From IMG/VR virus record IMGVR_UViG_3300050121_000298, positions 615 to 64,614 of that record: 64,000 nt of DNA; one strand, 5' to 3'. Positions within the stretch are counted from its first letter, which is position 1. Each line of letters opens with the position of its first letter. The translations under genes and the position numbers were made by a program. This document shows positions 30,401-40,300 of this stretch, in pieces. The notes below the pieces were generated by a model that saw nothing but the letters and a program-made list of their open reading frames with translations, was not told the origin of the DNA and searched no databases. This stretch comes from a virus. Taxonomy: Duplodnaviria > Caudoviricetes.

Positions 30401-31297
30401 TTGTTCGATATCGATCACACTACGTCCTTCAGGGTCTATGTGATGAACCAGATCTTTCATCACGTCGGCCATCCAACGAAAGAATTTATTTATCATCTCC
30501 AAGAAACTATCATGAGAACGTCCTTGAAACCCTGTCTCTTTGAGTTCACCATGTAAGGCACGTTGCATCATCTGTGTCACGAACTCTTTGTTGATGTCTA
30601 CTTGGTTATACGACGTCTGCGAACCATACTGATTCTTTACCTGAGTGAAGAAAGCAGGATCTAAAGCTTTACCTTCACGCATCATATTATCAAAGAGTTC
30701 CCTGTTCTCATAATAGAGACTAGAGACAAAAGGATGCAGTATCTCTTCTATTGCTGTATTAGCAGTGACTCTTCCACGTACTAACGTGATCTCACCGTTT
30801 CTCACAAAGGCCCGTATGTTCTTTATGTCGGGTATATGTTGTTCTTGCCTTAGTTCTTTTTCGTCGATGAAATTAAACTTAAGCCCCGGGAAGACCTGTT
30901 GGAAGTTATTAAGTACCGTGGTGATGTAAGCCTCTGTATTTTCATGAGGGAGTGCGGCCTGATAGATATTGCTTTGAGTGAGTTTAGGCAGGATAAAGTT
31001 GACGATGAATTTCCCGGTAGTACCTGTATAGTTACGAACCGACATCTTCACGTCTACGTTGTCTTTCTTCATCCACTCCTTTAAAGCATTGACCTGTCTG
31101 ATATTAGCAGCATATTCTCCTGCTCCTAGTGTGTCCAGATGAAACGCTTGTGCCAGGTGGAAATCTCTATGATCCGGAACATTGTCGTATAAAGAATACT
31201 GACTTGCTTCTTTGAGCATGTCACTCTCTAAACGGTGTTCTACTTCTTCTTGATTCTGAAAGGTTTCACCCTTATAACTCTTTATTGTGCAACTCAT
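24476..31297 (-). CDS. Giant virion cargo (ejection) protein with PD-(D/E)XK nuclease-like and degenerate zincin-like domains
   Basis: 2273 aa directly downstream of vRNAP; IIGRLDLMVIDGHGKIHIIDVKT...LQLLAY nuclease motif; IEEILHPFV zincin-like motif. Confidence 0.7.
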   Translation of the reverse strand: MSCTIKSYKGETFQNQEEVEHRLESDMLKEASQYSLYDNVPDHRDFHLAQAFHLDTLGAGEYAANIRQVNALKEWMKKDNVDVKMSVRNYTGTTGKFIVNFILPKLTQSNIYQAALPHENTEAYITTVLNNFQQVFPGLKFNFIDEKELRQEQHIPDIKNIRAFVRNGEITLVRGRVTANTAIEEILHPFVSSLYYENRELFDNMMREGKALDPAFFTQVKNQYGSQTSYNQVDINKEFVTQMMQRALHGELKETGFQGRSHDSFLEMINKFFRWMADVMKDLVHHIDPEGRSVIDIEQLPASMKMSDIAMMLNTHGVTFSLNMITNKIEYNLSNSDVSSDELFATRGTIFKRDRAEVDIAKIDAEIKQIHNAFETKRIGKNVEQLATLDILKKGSQEQFKFHDDNAKLEAAGQTPQKSISVTALIGSSQFSSVKDFSMFKDFGIAIHAVVESVQDLANKTGDRYSDIITREYFDNFMKQYQIENPSTKAFSITGLDADKYFELLQKFLAVIGSDMSNDFIVIPEYTIGTRQTNRDLSNMDDRGRMIIGRLDLMVIDGHGKIHIIDVKTKKIKSEISTLVNGKKTYYAKNINAELSREGTTINSTEGTLQEFHMNTRSVFDTWNLQLLAYEHLLAANGLSIASKKILALLYRADIEADTVFQDYGVTTFDGNFYSKNDAYLNTTNGQRSNAYETAGEEKDKQYRAVFEKYMPLTDKAKEKIKQDAERYAFDMNKDNYDEFIGLLSQAVKKDLEGISRQISTRKNEGATPEELQMLETRKLTLESYDKLVNTPEGDMTTAVKLSLVLESMDKEMGVLTNLWKTVYQVKENSPTRDKQTLVFQEVMVNATTLIDFMKEQMAEAIKPDSGSTVTKDSYVYKKVDDLNNELLNMMSDYRKFAVQATIRIVREAFPSTHLTADGTVIKGGIQKTMDDMSGSLNLQIAALERDIKNEMEGKTVGAMNQLKLKGMKIFDREGYKAVLEQATKILGPSEAKRLSDSILFKEVKIAKLKARRDSRIDESDKSLEEYILGVTNPNSVLYMGAEQGTQLVEMLGLNLKGFVASAGSSELAISAMVGFLKSSQFKADTNFTNDMQDSDLETLLRKFLQGRTTEQANEVMTEVRTVTYTDDKGVQTKVNYNSFVKPSSPEFDARFESYKTELRTIRDSINEVKAEYYQAIHDGDIAQAAAMKQGIVDKNKIKHAFVTKHIQWLREHASLPFIDAYYKNMEMIPDNVRAELEGLYLQREGILHSLGEDNDELMDEDDLDALSEIRVDIQRLRKSAAEQNADYATYMDNLEKLYVSVEKTSAFERAKSRKEMEHVNNPEELQKWMDRNTVTKATQAYHDEVNRIFTALSEIYGNSQRHQELMDEKKSILKSYKTEDGSIDPRYILDSEIDRLDTINAELVKLRTEENAVRGKLSGEENKKAGSLRAELLRLQSRVLNKIYVQEMGEKYTSLTNALKDFKDHSAKLKALQIRDKVNPVDPKAMEIEDLAFITAERNFQTEQNMFEVWYNRHHTTKYVSILTKLMNWGTARNYLYDTVPARAEHKETVPNYKWYTREFSQEAHNPDYKEFADGTPMPKNLTINAKGHVETLPGHEDDKDENGNYLINRRYLQIQREESAKNFYNSMIKTYLDRQQVIHGKKNGYKVPGIMGSMVENFMEGGFKEGMKKELGKFKDTYLRVQSQYDQASNLYGDMGSSHIRLRNNEQYGEDIQGGDSVGAVFHWIYESYVNEAMAEAQPVTKHMINLVNQMMTELQSKVNEGPEQAKRLKELKDVQDVLKFEYSKFISGQSELKENRMLKKAMGTLFKLASVGRLGFDLTSQTKNFVSGNVQAYLATSSSSMYSGANYRFAKKQLYGAGGFIQKYIADWGKVGNLSKETTLFRIFNPMQSDYHKNLNSVTNSRTRRALEKMTNASELMFLLQEKGDTEIGMTVWLAIMDANHYRVMDKDETGGYTKPQLDEKGNQVYVNALDAYEMGKDNRLLIRKDVEYSRNDETSIQRKVYSEMRRAQGNFAKQDGTMQERGMVVKMMYFFRKYLIPMMVNRFGNLRPNWEGEEAAMGYWRAMFDIGKFYSKKQMALNLLLGGFGKSAKKFNEGVDPMYQRKAAQASKDFYANILFVSLSYLLLGMVKQRKKDEQPMSVMEGNLTRLIWGVQQETTSLTPIPGIGSFDDYIKNFSNMSSLVTDVTKLYHASEHAVGMGLVMAYDWQEPDADINPTANFLYNREVYQKKVNSFEAGTPKFYKDMYDITGFKNIDGFFHPSYKLTVASKNI

Positions 31298-31312
31298 CTA
31301 TAGTGGTTTTTA

Positions 31313-34300
31313 TTATTTGCAAGCTGGTTTTATTTCTTTTGTCTCAACTTTTTCTTCATATTCCGTTTTACCCGGATTAACAGGAACAGTAGGTTCTGTC
31401 TTCTCAAAGACAGGTTTATCTCCGGTGGCATAAGCCATGAACTCTTTAGCCTGCTGCTCAGTGAAAGAGGTAAGAGAGATGTTGGATACAGACAACGGAG
31501 GCATTTCGATATATTTGGCAGCTACAGCAGAACACTCAGTAGTGTTGTGTTCTTCATGAGCCAGTACTTCATCGATACGCATCCATTTAGGATTCTCTCC
31601 TACAGCTAGTTTCTGTAGTATATACACAGTACCACTAAAGGTGGTGATCGTAGCAGGGAAAATATATCGTCCCGTGACTGTAGAGTTCTGTATCTTAAAG
31701 TTTTTAAGTACAGACTGTGCAGAAACAGCACTTATCTCTTTGCTGGTCATATTAAAAGTAATAGACCGGTCATAGGTTTTTACCTTCTTACCGTTGATGA
31801 TCTCATCGGGTTTGGCCACAGTAGTCACGTAGTCAATCTCTTTGATCTCTTTCTTGGACACCTGTACTCTCTTCTCTTTTGGACCTACTTCATTTGTAAA
31901 GGGTTTACCAAAGATGAGTGAAGCCGTCTTGTGATCTTCAGCAGTCTCGATCTTGATACTCTGATATACTTTGTTGTCACGGGCCTGTGGATGAGTTGGT
32001 ACTTCATTAACCAGTTTAAGATACATGTCACGCATGACTTGTTGAAGAGTACTCTTTTCACCTAAGAAGTCTATAAGACCTTCAGGAGACTTAAAGGACG
32101 CCTTCAAGTCCGTGATAGCCTTGTTCTGGTTTAAATATTTGGTGATTGCACCGTTAAATAAGTTGGGATCAATGAACTTCATGAAACTCCCCGGCTTGGA
32201 GTTAAACCCGTTTCTCACAAGTTCGTGCATCGCAAGTTTAAGTGCAATCAGTTTTGTCTTATCATCTGCAGATTTAAGTAACTCCATGTAACCATCAATG
32301 GTTCTTTCTTTTACAGTGTTGTCATATTTGGACTTAGTGTTGATCTGAAGGACCTGATAAGGGATCTTCTCATCATCTTTATTAAACAGACCTATGCTTT
32401 TTACGAAAGAGTTAGCAGGGTACTGTTCTATCAAATATATCATGTCCTGTTTCAGATTGGTGATCTCAGGAGTACTGGTACCACCAAACCAGAACCGTGA
32501 ATTAAACAGTTCTGAAAGGGTACTCCGTAACTTCTCTGCTTCACGTATTGTCGATGCATTCTTTATCTCAGCATTAGAGACTCTTATCTGTTTTTGTAAA
32601 GACTTATATTCAATCTGTTGATCCGATGTTAACTCCGTACCGTTTTTTAAGGTTGTATTTAAGACTTTCAATCTGGCTTTTAGGATACTACCTGCAGCAA
32701 TAGCGTTATTGGTTAAAGTATTTGCCTCTTCGATGGAGATCGTCTTATCATTACTGATCTGATTACGCAGTTTCTGCATGACAAAATTCTGTAGTAAGAT
32801 ATCCGTAAACACCTCATTGTTTGTCAGAGCCTGTGAGAACAGACTCTTTAAGAAGGTAAAACTCTTCTGTCTGGAGAAGTGGATCTTCTCAGACTGGTCA
32901 AGCATATCATGTACGGTATGTTCCAGTACGTTAAATACTGATCCCAGTTGGTTGTCTATAGAAGTAGTGAAGATACTACTACTATTTAAAAACACTGAGT
33001 CATTGTGTCTGAGTTTTTCGAGAGCATCTGCCGTCTTGTCCAGTACTGCATAGTCAGGTTTCATAGACTTAAGCAAGGAGATCATTCTGTTAGCATCAAG
33101 CATACCCTGACTCAGTGTTATCTGTTTCAGATAAGATTGTAGTACTATATACTTCTGAGCATCGGCACTCATCTCTTTACCATTGAAAGACACCTCAAAA
33201 CCTAGATCTTTCAGAGAAAGAGTATTACCCTCTCTACGTGACTTATCCAAAATAGCAGGGGTAGTATATTTTATCGAATATTGTGATCTGTCAAATTCTC
33301 CTGGTTTCTTAGGATCTAAGACTAATCCGGCGATTTCTTTAATCACCTTGTCTTTTAGTGACTTCTGATCTCCTGTACGGAAGTTTATCCTTTTCCTTAT
33401 CGCGTCAGCAAACTGTACAACATATTGTCCTTCTTTCTTACCACCGTTTATCACATCTTGTACGGCATCTCTTAACTCAGGGATGAAGTTAAACATCACT
33501 GACATATCTTCCGGCATACCGATACTCATCATAGACAACATCACTGAGGCATTCACGTCGTTGATCTGTAGTACTGCGGGAATAGGTTCTTTTGCACCAT
33601 CAGCAAACATACCAAGAGAACTCCCTACCATCTGAGAAGGTCTGGAAGCACCGTCTACGATTGCCTGTCCAAGTTTGTTAAACAGATAGGTCTTTCCGTC
33701 TTTGCCGGTTATCTCTATCTGCCATGCAGTGTTTTCAGGTTTGATTAATAATTTATAGGCACTTCCCAGGGCACAGAGTTTGTTTGCAGTAGCGGCAAAA
33801 GAAATACCCATCTTAGAAGAACTATTGGTGTTATTACTTAACACCACTCCGTCAATAGTGTACCTGTCAAATTTCTGTGCCACACTCTCAGGTGACTCTC
33901 CAATGATGTTCTTAGCTATTAAGCCAAAGACACTTGAGTCAGTACGTTCATTTTTATATAACCGGTTGAAGACATCTTCGTTACTAAGCATCCCCAGTCT
34001 TGCGTCAAGGTTCCTATTCTGATGTACGTCAGCAGGAACGACACTTGTCTCATCATAAGCGACTTTACTCGCTACTAAACCTTTCTCTGAGAGATCATCA
34101 ATGATGGCTTTAAACTGAACATAACTCTTAAGATATGGCATCACGAACTGTTTCATCGTGGCGCGTTTCTCTTCTACGGTTTCTTTTAGGTCACGTCTCT
34201 CTTTACTGAGTTGACCCTGACTATTCCAGTCGGCCAAGTCACCTGATTCTTGTTCATCTAACCATTCGTTAGAGTCTCTGAGAGTAAAATAACTATCCGA

Positions 34301-37300
34301 GAGTTTATCTAACTGATCATTTAAAGCAGTGTACTCTGACAACCGAGTGTTTAACTCTTTGAAGTCGTCTAGGCCGTATATCTTCATGATACGGTCTACT
34401 TCGTCAGACTGTAACTCTTCGGGGTGAGTCTTGATCAGGTCCAGTAAGTCTTTGATCACGGGATTTATGTCGCTCTTATTTTTGCTATAATGACTATACA
34501 AATACTCAAGGTATTTCGCAGAAGACTGGTCTGTGATATATTTCGAATAGTCGCCATAGACATGCGCTTCACCAAAGATGTCAGAGTAACTGGCATATTC
34601 ATGAGTATAGATACTGTCAATGTCAAGGTCGGACCCTGCAAGAAGATGCACCAGTTGTGGAACGATGATGGTGTTTCTATAAGAAGAGTCAATCCAGTCT
34701 ACGATTTTGAGTGCGATCATAGAACGTTTGTCCTCAGTAGGGATACGTGTGGCAAAGAGTTTGTTCATCTTGTCCATATAGAGTTCACGTTCTGAGTCAC
34801 TTTTAAACATTGGCATAGGAACGATAGCCTCTACAAAGTATGTCTTTACACTTTCGGTTACCTTCTTTCCTTTTACCATCGTTACTTCATCATGTGTTTC
34901 TACTGACACACCCGGATAACGAGTAGTATATTCTTCACCGGAATAAGCTGCAGGGTTTTTCTTGTACTCATACATCGGTACAACCTCACCGGTATTTTTG
35001 TTAACGATAAGTTTATACCCATAACTGGAAGCATGGATATATTTATTCCCTTTCACGTGTTCGTCAAAGACCGTCTTAGAGTAATGAGCAAAGAACTTAG
35101 CCTGGAACATGGCACGTATGATAGGGTTGTCTACATCAAAGACTGGATTCCCTTCGGTGTCTATCTCGAAGTACTTCATCGTATTACTGTCTGATCCACG
35201 GTCAGCCAAGGATTTACGGATACTATCCACAAACTCTCCTATGATCAGATTATGATTTTCATCACGATAAGTCTGCATCAGGTTGTCATACCGGGCCAGT
35301 GCGCTTTCAGATAAGGTACTCTTAAAGTCTTCAAAGTATTTAGATATCCTGTTGGCACGATTAACGATTGCACCTCTTTGTGCAGATGTAGCATGCTGCG
35401 TACCCAACTGTGAAATAAGCCAGTGGATATCGGCTGTAAGTAACATCTTAGCCTGTACAGAAGACTTAGCCTCTTCGTGTTGTCCCGACGTGACTACCTG
35501 TAGAAATTTATATCTCCCGTCGATAAGTTTCTTACTGCGATTTAGACTAATATATGATTTACCATCAGAACTACCCTGAAATGTAGTATCATTCTCTTGT
35601 GGAACAGTCTTTCTATCGTTGATATTGGTAGTCATGAAGGTCACAGTCTTACTGGCCTCTGTATCCATCAACATGTCTATGTTATGAAACTCCATAGAGT
35701 TCAAGATCATGTGATGCATCTCTCTGCCCTTTACAGGCATCCAGTAGTCGTGTATTACCTTATACAACTCTTTTACTTTGTCTTCTACATCAGCACGTTG
35801 TATGTCGTTAGCCTTAACATCTCTGTTTCTTAACTGTGTGTCTTTAAGAGACTGTCTCAGGTCATATATCTGACTGTACAAGTCATGTAGCATCTTCTGA
35901 AAAGCCTCTACATTCTCTTCTCTTATGGGTCTTCCTGTTACGGGGTCTATCAAAATACTAGAGTCAGAACGCAGATAGGTGTGTTCAGACATCTTCAGGT
36001 AATTTTCTTTAGAGGCTACTACAGTCTTGGCAGAGTTGATGACGATGTTAGAATTCTCTAATTGCCTTATCTCCCCCTCTGTGAGAGAACGATAGTTCAT
36101 AGCCAGTAAGAGTTCACGATCTGCACCAGAGAGTTTACCCAGGTCATCTTCCAAATCTATCCTGTGCATCATACTGGCGATACTCTGTCCGTCAAATACT
36201 TTAACACCCGATGAAGTACCCTTCATAGCATCTACATATTCTTCCTTACTACTATAATGGTTTTGAAGTTCTTGTTCTGTATCATACTGACCCGACAGGA
36301 TATCCGTGGAGTTCATATGAGTAAATAACGTATCCAAAAAAGCAGAAGTCACCATACGATTCATGTGTTCTCCTGCAGCCAGATTCTTCTTATTACGTTT
36401 GAAGTAATCTACTTCATTCTTGATACCCATTGCAGGATCACCGTCAAAGAGTTGATTGACAGTAATACCATTGATGTAGGTATTCATGAATGAGTCATAC
36501 ACGAAGTCTTCAACATTGTCGTAAGCATATTTATAAGCATCATCGACAGATTCTGCATTACGTAACAAGTCCATGACTCTGATACCTTGCTTGATCTGTT
36601 TAAAGTTATTCTCTTTGGAAAAGGTGACTACTTTATTACCGGCAGCATTGGTTTCGTTATGGTTGATGATACCGAAACTATTTAACTGGTCAAGATGTGC
36701 CTGAAAACTAGTCTCCATGTGATCATTCAACATGCCACGAAGTCCCGTCTTAGATACAGCTTCTGCAAATCCTATCTCACTACCGTCTTCGTGATTTGTC
36801 TCACCACGCGCAATAGCCAGCAAGTCCTCACGAACCTGACGAGTATTCTCTGACACGTCTTCATCTTTATAACCTGTCCCAAATACGTTGTTAAGCATCT
36901 GGAAGTTGTAGGCACGTAGACTCTTATCGTCAACGGTGATCTCATCACTTTTCTTTGAGTTATAACCTAGGACAAGAGTGTTACCATGTTCCGTGTTATA
37001 GTTTGCCAGTTTATTTTCTTTGTCTTTCCACTCTTTACGGATACGTTCAAATTCCTGCCATGCAAACTGTATGAGTTGATCTACTGCAGGTTTATGTTTT
37101 TGTGCACCTACCTGTCTCTCATATCTCTTATAGAAAGAGTCAATCAGATAATTTGTCTGAGAACCCTCTTGTTGACTCATGTTACGGGCAAACGTGATAC
37201 TCTCTACATTGGCAGTACGTGCCTCATTGGTATCGGTGTTTTGAATACTCATCGTTCTGGAAGCGATCTTCCTGTTGGCAAACAGTCCCAGGGTTTGAAT

Positions 37301-40300
37301 GTAGAGTTGTTTTGAACCCATGTGTTTGTACTCATCTGCACTCTGACGGGTACCGTCTTTCATCACCAGTAAACCACCATTTACATAAATCTGCATGTTC
37401 TGTACAAACAAACGCATCTGCATCTTCTCTACGTCACGGCCATTCTTAATCTCTTCAGAGGTAGTGGTAGTACTTAGTGCTTTGGCGATAAGAGGATTAT
37501 GAGTATACCAATCCTGTAAGAAGTCGTCATAAAGTGTACTACTCTCCAGGGCTTTTCTAAGGTTTTTGTTGAAGTCCTGTACCATCATGATAAGTGGAGA
37601 GTACTTCGTATAACGATAGATAGGTTTACCTTCTGCATTGATGACCATCGAAGGAGCATCCATTGGGTCAAACTTAACAACGAAACCCATGGCACTCTTC
37701 AGAGAAGATCTCACGATCTCTGCATCCGGATTTAAAGGAGTCTTTTTCTTACCTTCAGCATACGAGAACAAGTCATTCCATTCTACACCTTCTGCCATCT
37801 TATCCAACACGTTATTCAGAGAACTGAAGAATGTCTTTGGAAGATACTGACCATTGGTGATGTTACTGGAATACATGTTCAAATCTTTAAAGATACCGGT
37901 GTCGGTGGATACATTATTCTCAACCCTGTCGATAGCCAGGATAGAGAACTTTATCAGAGAACGAGGTATCTGTAGTCCAATCTTCTGATATTTATCAAAG
38001 AGACTATCTACAAGAGTCTTTAACTCAGAAGGTGCTAATAATGTCGCAACCTCTGTGATCTGTTTACTCTTAGAAGAAGTGGTTATCTTGTTATGATCAG
38101 CTTTAATAGATGAGACTACGGCTTTAAATTCTTTCTTGGCTTTCTCAGAAGCCTTGACTTTGAGTATAGTGGCATTGATCATACTCTCGAAAGTACTCAT
38201 GCGTTGTTTCACATCTCCTGAGACAAGTTTTTCTGTCACTGTAGACCTTACAGCTGACTCTACTTCATCATTCTCTATCTGTCCGGGTGATGCCCAGGTA
38301 TTGATACTGTTTACAGACTGTAGTAATTCAATCTCAGCATTATGAAAAGTACTGATTAACTGTTTTACCAAAATGTTGTTATCGGAGTTGCTTATCACCT
38401 TATCCCCAGTCTCTGTTGTAACAGAGATAGAGTCTTCTATAGTCTTAAAGACAGCCTTTAACATATCAGATATATCGTGATGTCCATCGTCTTCAAACTG
38501 ATCGGCAGCAGATTTTATGATAGAGTTGACTTGTCCGTTCTCAAAACTAAAGATCTCTTCGGGAGTACAGTTGGCTGTGATCTTCAACAATACGTTGAAG
38601 ATGTTTACCCCATCGACCATGTGCGGGACTTTGATACCCAGTTCCGGATCTACCTGTTCGTATTTTATCACAGAGAGAAACCTGCGTACTTCATATCTAA
38701 TTGTGTCTATGACATTGATATTTAAAGAAGTATTATCGTAGTTCTCCCCTAAAGGATTTTCATCGGTATCATTTTCATCAGAAGTATTCTCTACTCCATT
38801 GACTCTGTTGTCTTCTGTGATGGACTCGTCAGTATTAGTCTCACCGGTTTGATCGACATATTTCTTTTCTCGTCTAAGGTGTTTCAGTAACTCCTTAACC
38901 TGTTGAAACAATACTTCATTACTGTTTTTCAAGACAGTCGTGATCTCATCTTTGTTGTTAAGAGTAGTTGTATTTTCTACTACTTTGTTATCGTTTCTTT
39001 TGTTAGAGGTACCGTTATCATAGGTAGCCACGAAGTCTGAACCATTAACACCAAGGATGGCTGCAATATTTGCATAGGCACTGTCATATTTGGCACGTAT
39101 CTTTTCCTGGAGTGCTTTGTCTGTGACCTGGTTCTTATTTATAAGACCATCTATACTAAAGTCACCCTTTGCCAGAGTATCACATATCGAGTCAAATTTC
39201 TCTCTGTCAGTTAACCTGGTGTTGATTCCATTTGTCACAACACCCGTATTACTGGCATGTAACATCTCGTCTACAATCCTATACGTTATATCTGCCTGAT
39301 CCGCTATAGAGAGGTATTGTCTTACCGGAGTCACACCATATTCCTTCTCATATAACTTACCACGTGTTTCCAGTAATTGATATGCACGATCTCTGTTCTG
39401 GACATGTAATGCGTTGTCTTTATAAAAGCCACTGTCTATGCGATCATATAGTCTTGTAGGGTTATTCTTGAAAAGAGCAATAAACTTCTTGATGAGGTTG
39501 TATAGTTTCTTAAATATCCCTTTAGCGTCTTTGTTTTGCATATGGGACCGGAATCCTTCAGCCAGGATCTCTTCAGCCACGAGACTCTTTACCTGGTCAT
39601 GAGATTTGTTTATTTTCCTCCTGCGAGCAAATTCCGTTAAAGCCTTATCTGTAAAGTGTGCAGCATATTTCTTATCCCCGATGATCTTATCGGTGTAGTA
39701 CTTCTGCTGTTCAGTAGAGAGCATGTTTCCAAATACACCGTGAAAGGCTTCATGGAAAATAGTACCACCTGTGGCCAGTGTCTTATTCAGATAGATTACC
39801 TTACCTTCGATGAAACCCAGTACAGTACCGTCTACGTTGATCTTTGATAGTAGACTTGTTACATCTTCTTTAGACAAGTTAAACTGAGGTAGTTTATCTG
39901 CAAGCCAGGCACTCTCAGAAGCAAGTCTTTCTTCTGTATAAGGTTGTGAGTAACTGGTATTAAAGTTATCTTCTTGAAGGGACTCGAAACCACCTATCTC
40001 ATCATCTTCATATACCACTTTGTCAGAAGCAACCTCTTGTAGTCCGTTAACTTGTGCTATCTTGGATACCCCTGCAGATGAGTCAGTGGAAATCTTGCGT
40101 TCAATATAAAGGTTGTTGTTCTCTATGACATTGGTGGTGAAGTCTGATGTATCTAAAGAATCAGCACCTAGTCGTAGTTTGTATTTTCCGGTTTTATTAT
40201 CTGTGGCAGCAACGAGAAGGTTGGGCACATAACTCTTATAAGTAAGTTCCTTTACCACTGCTTCAACTAAAGAAGGATCAGGATGATTTTTCAGGAAGTC

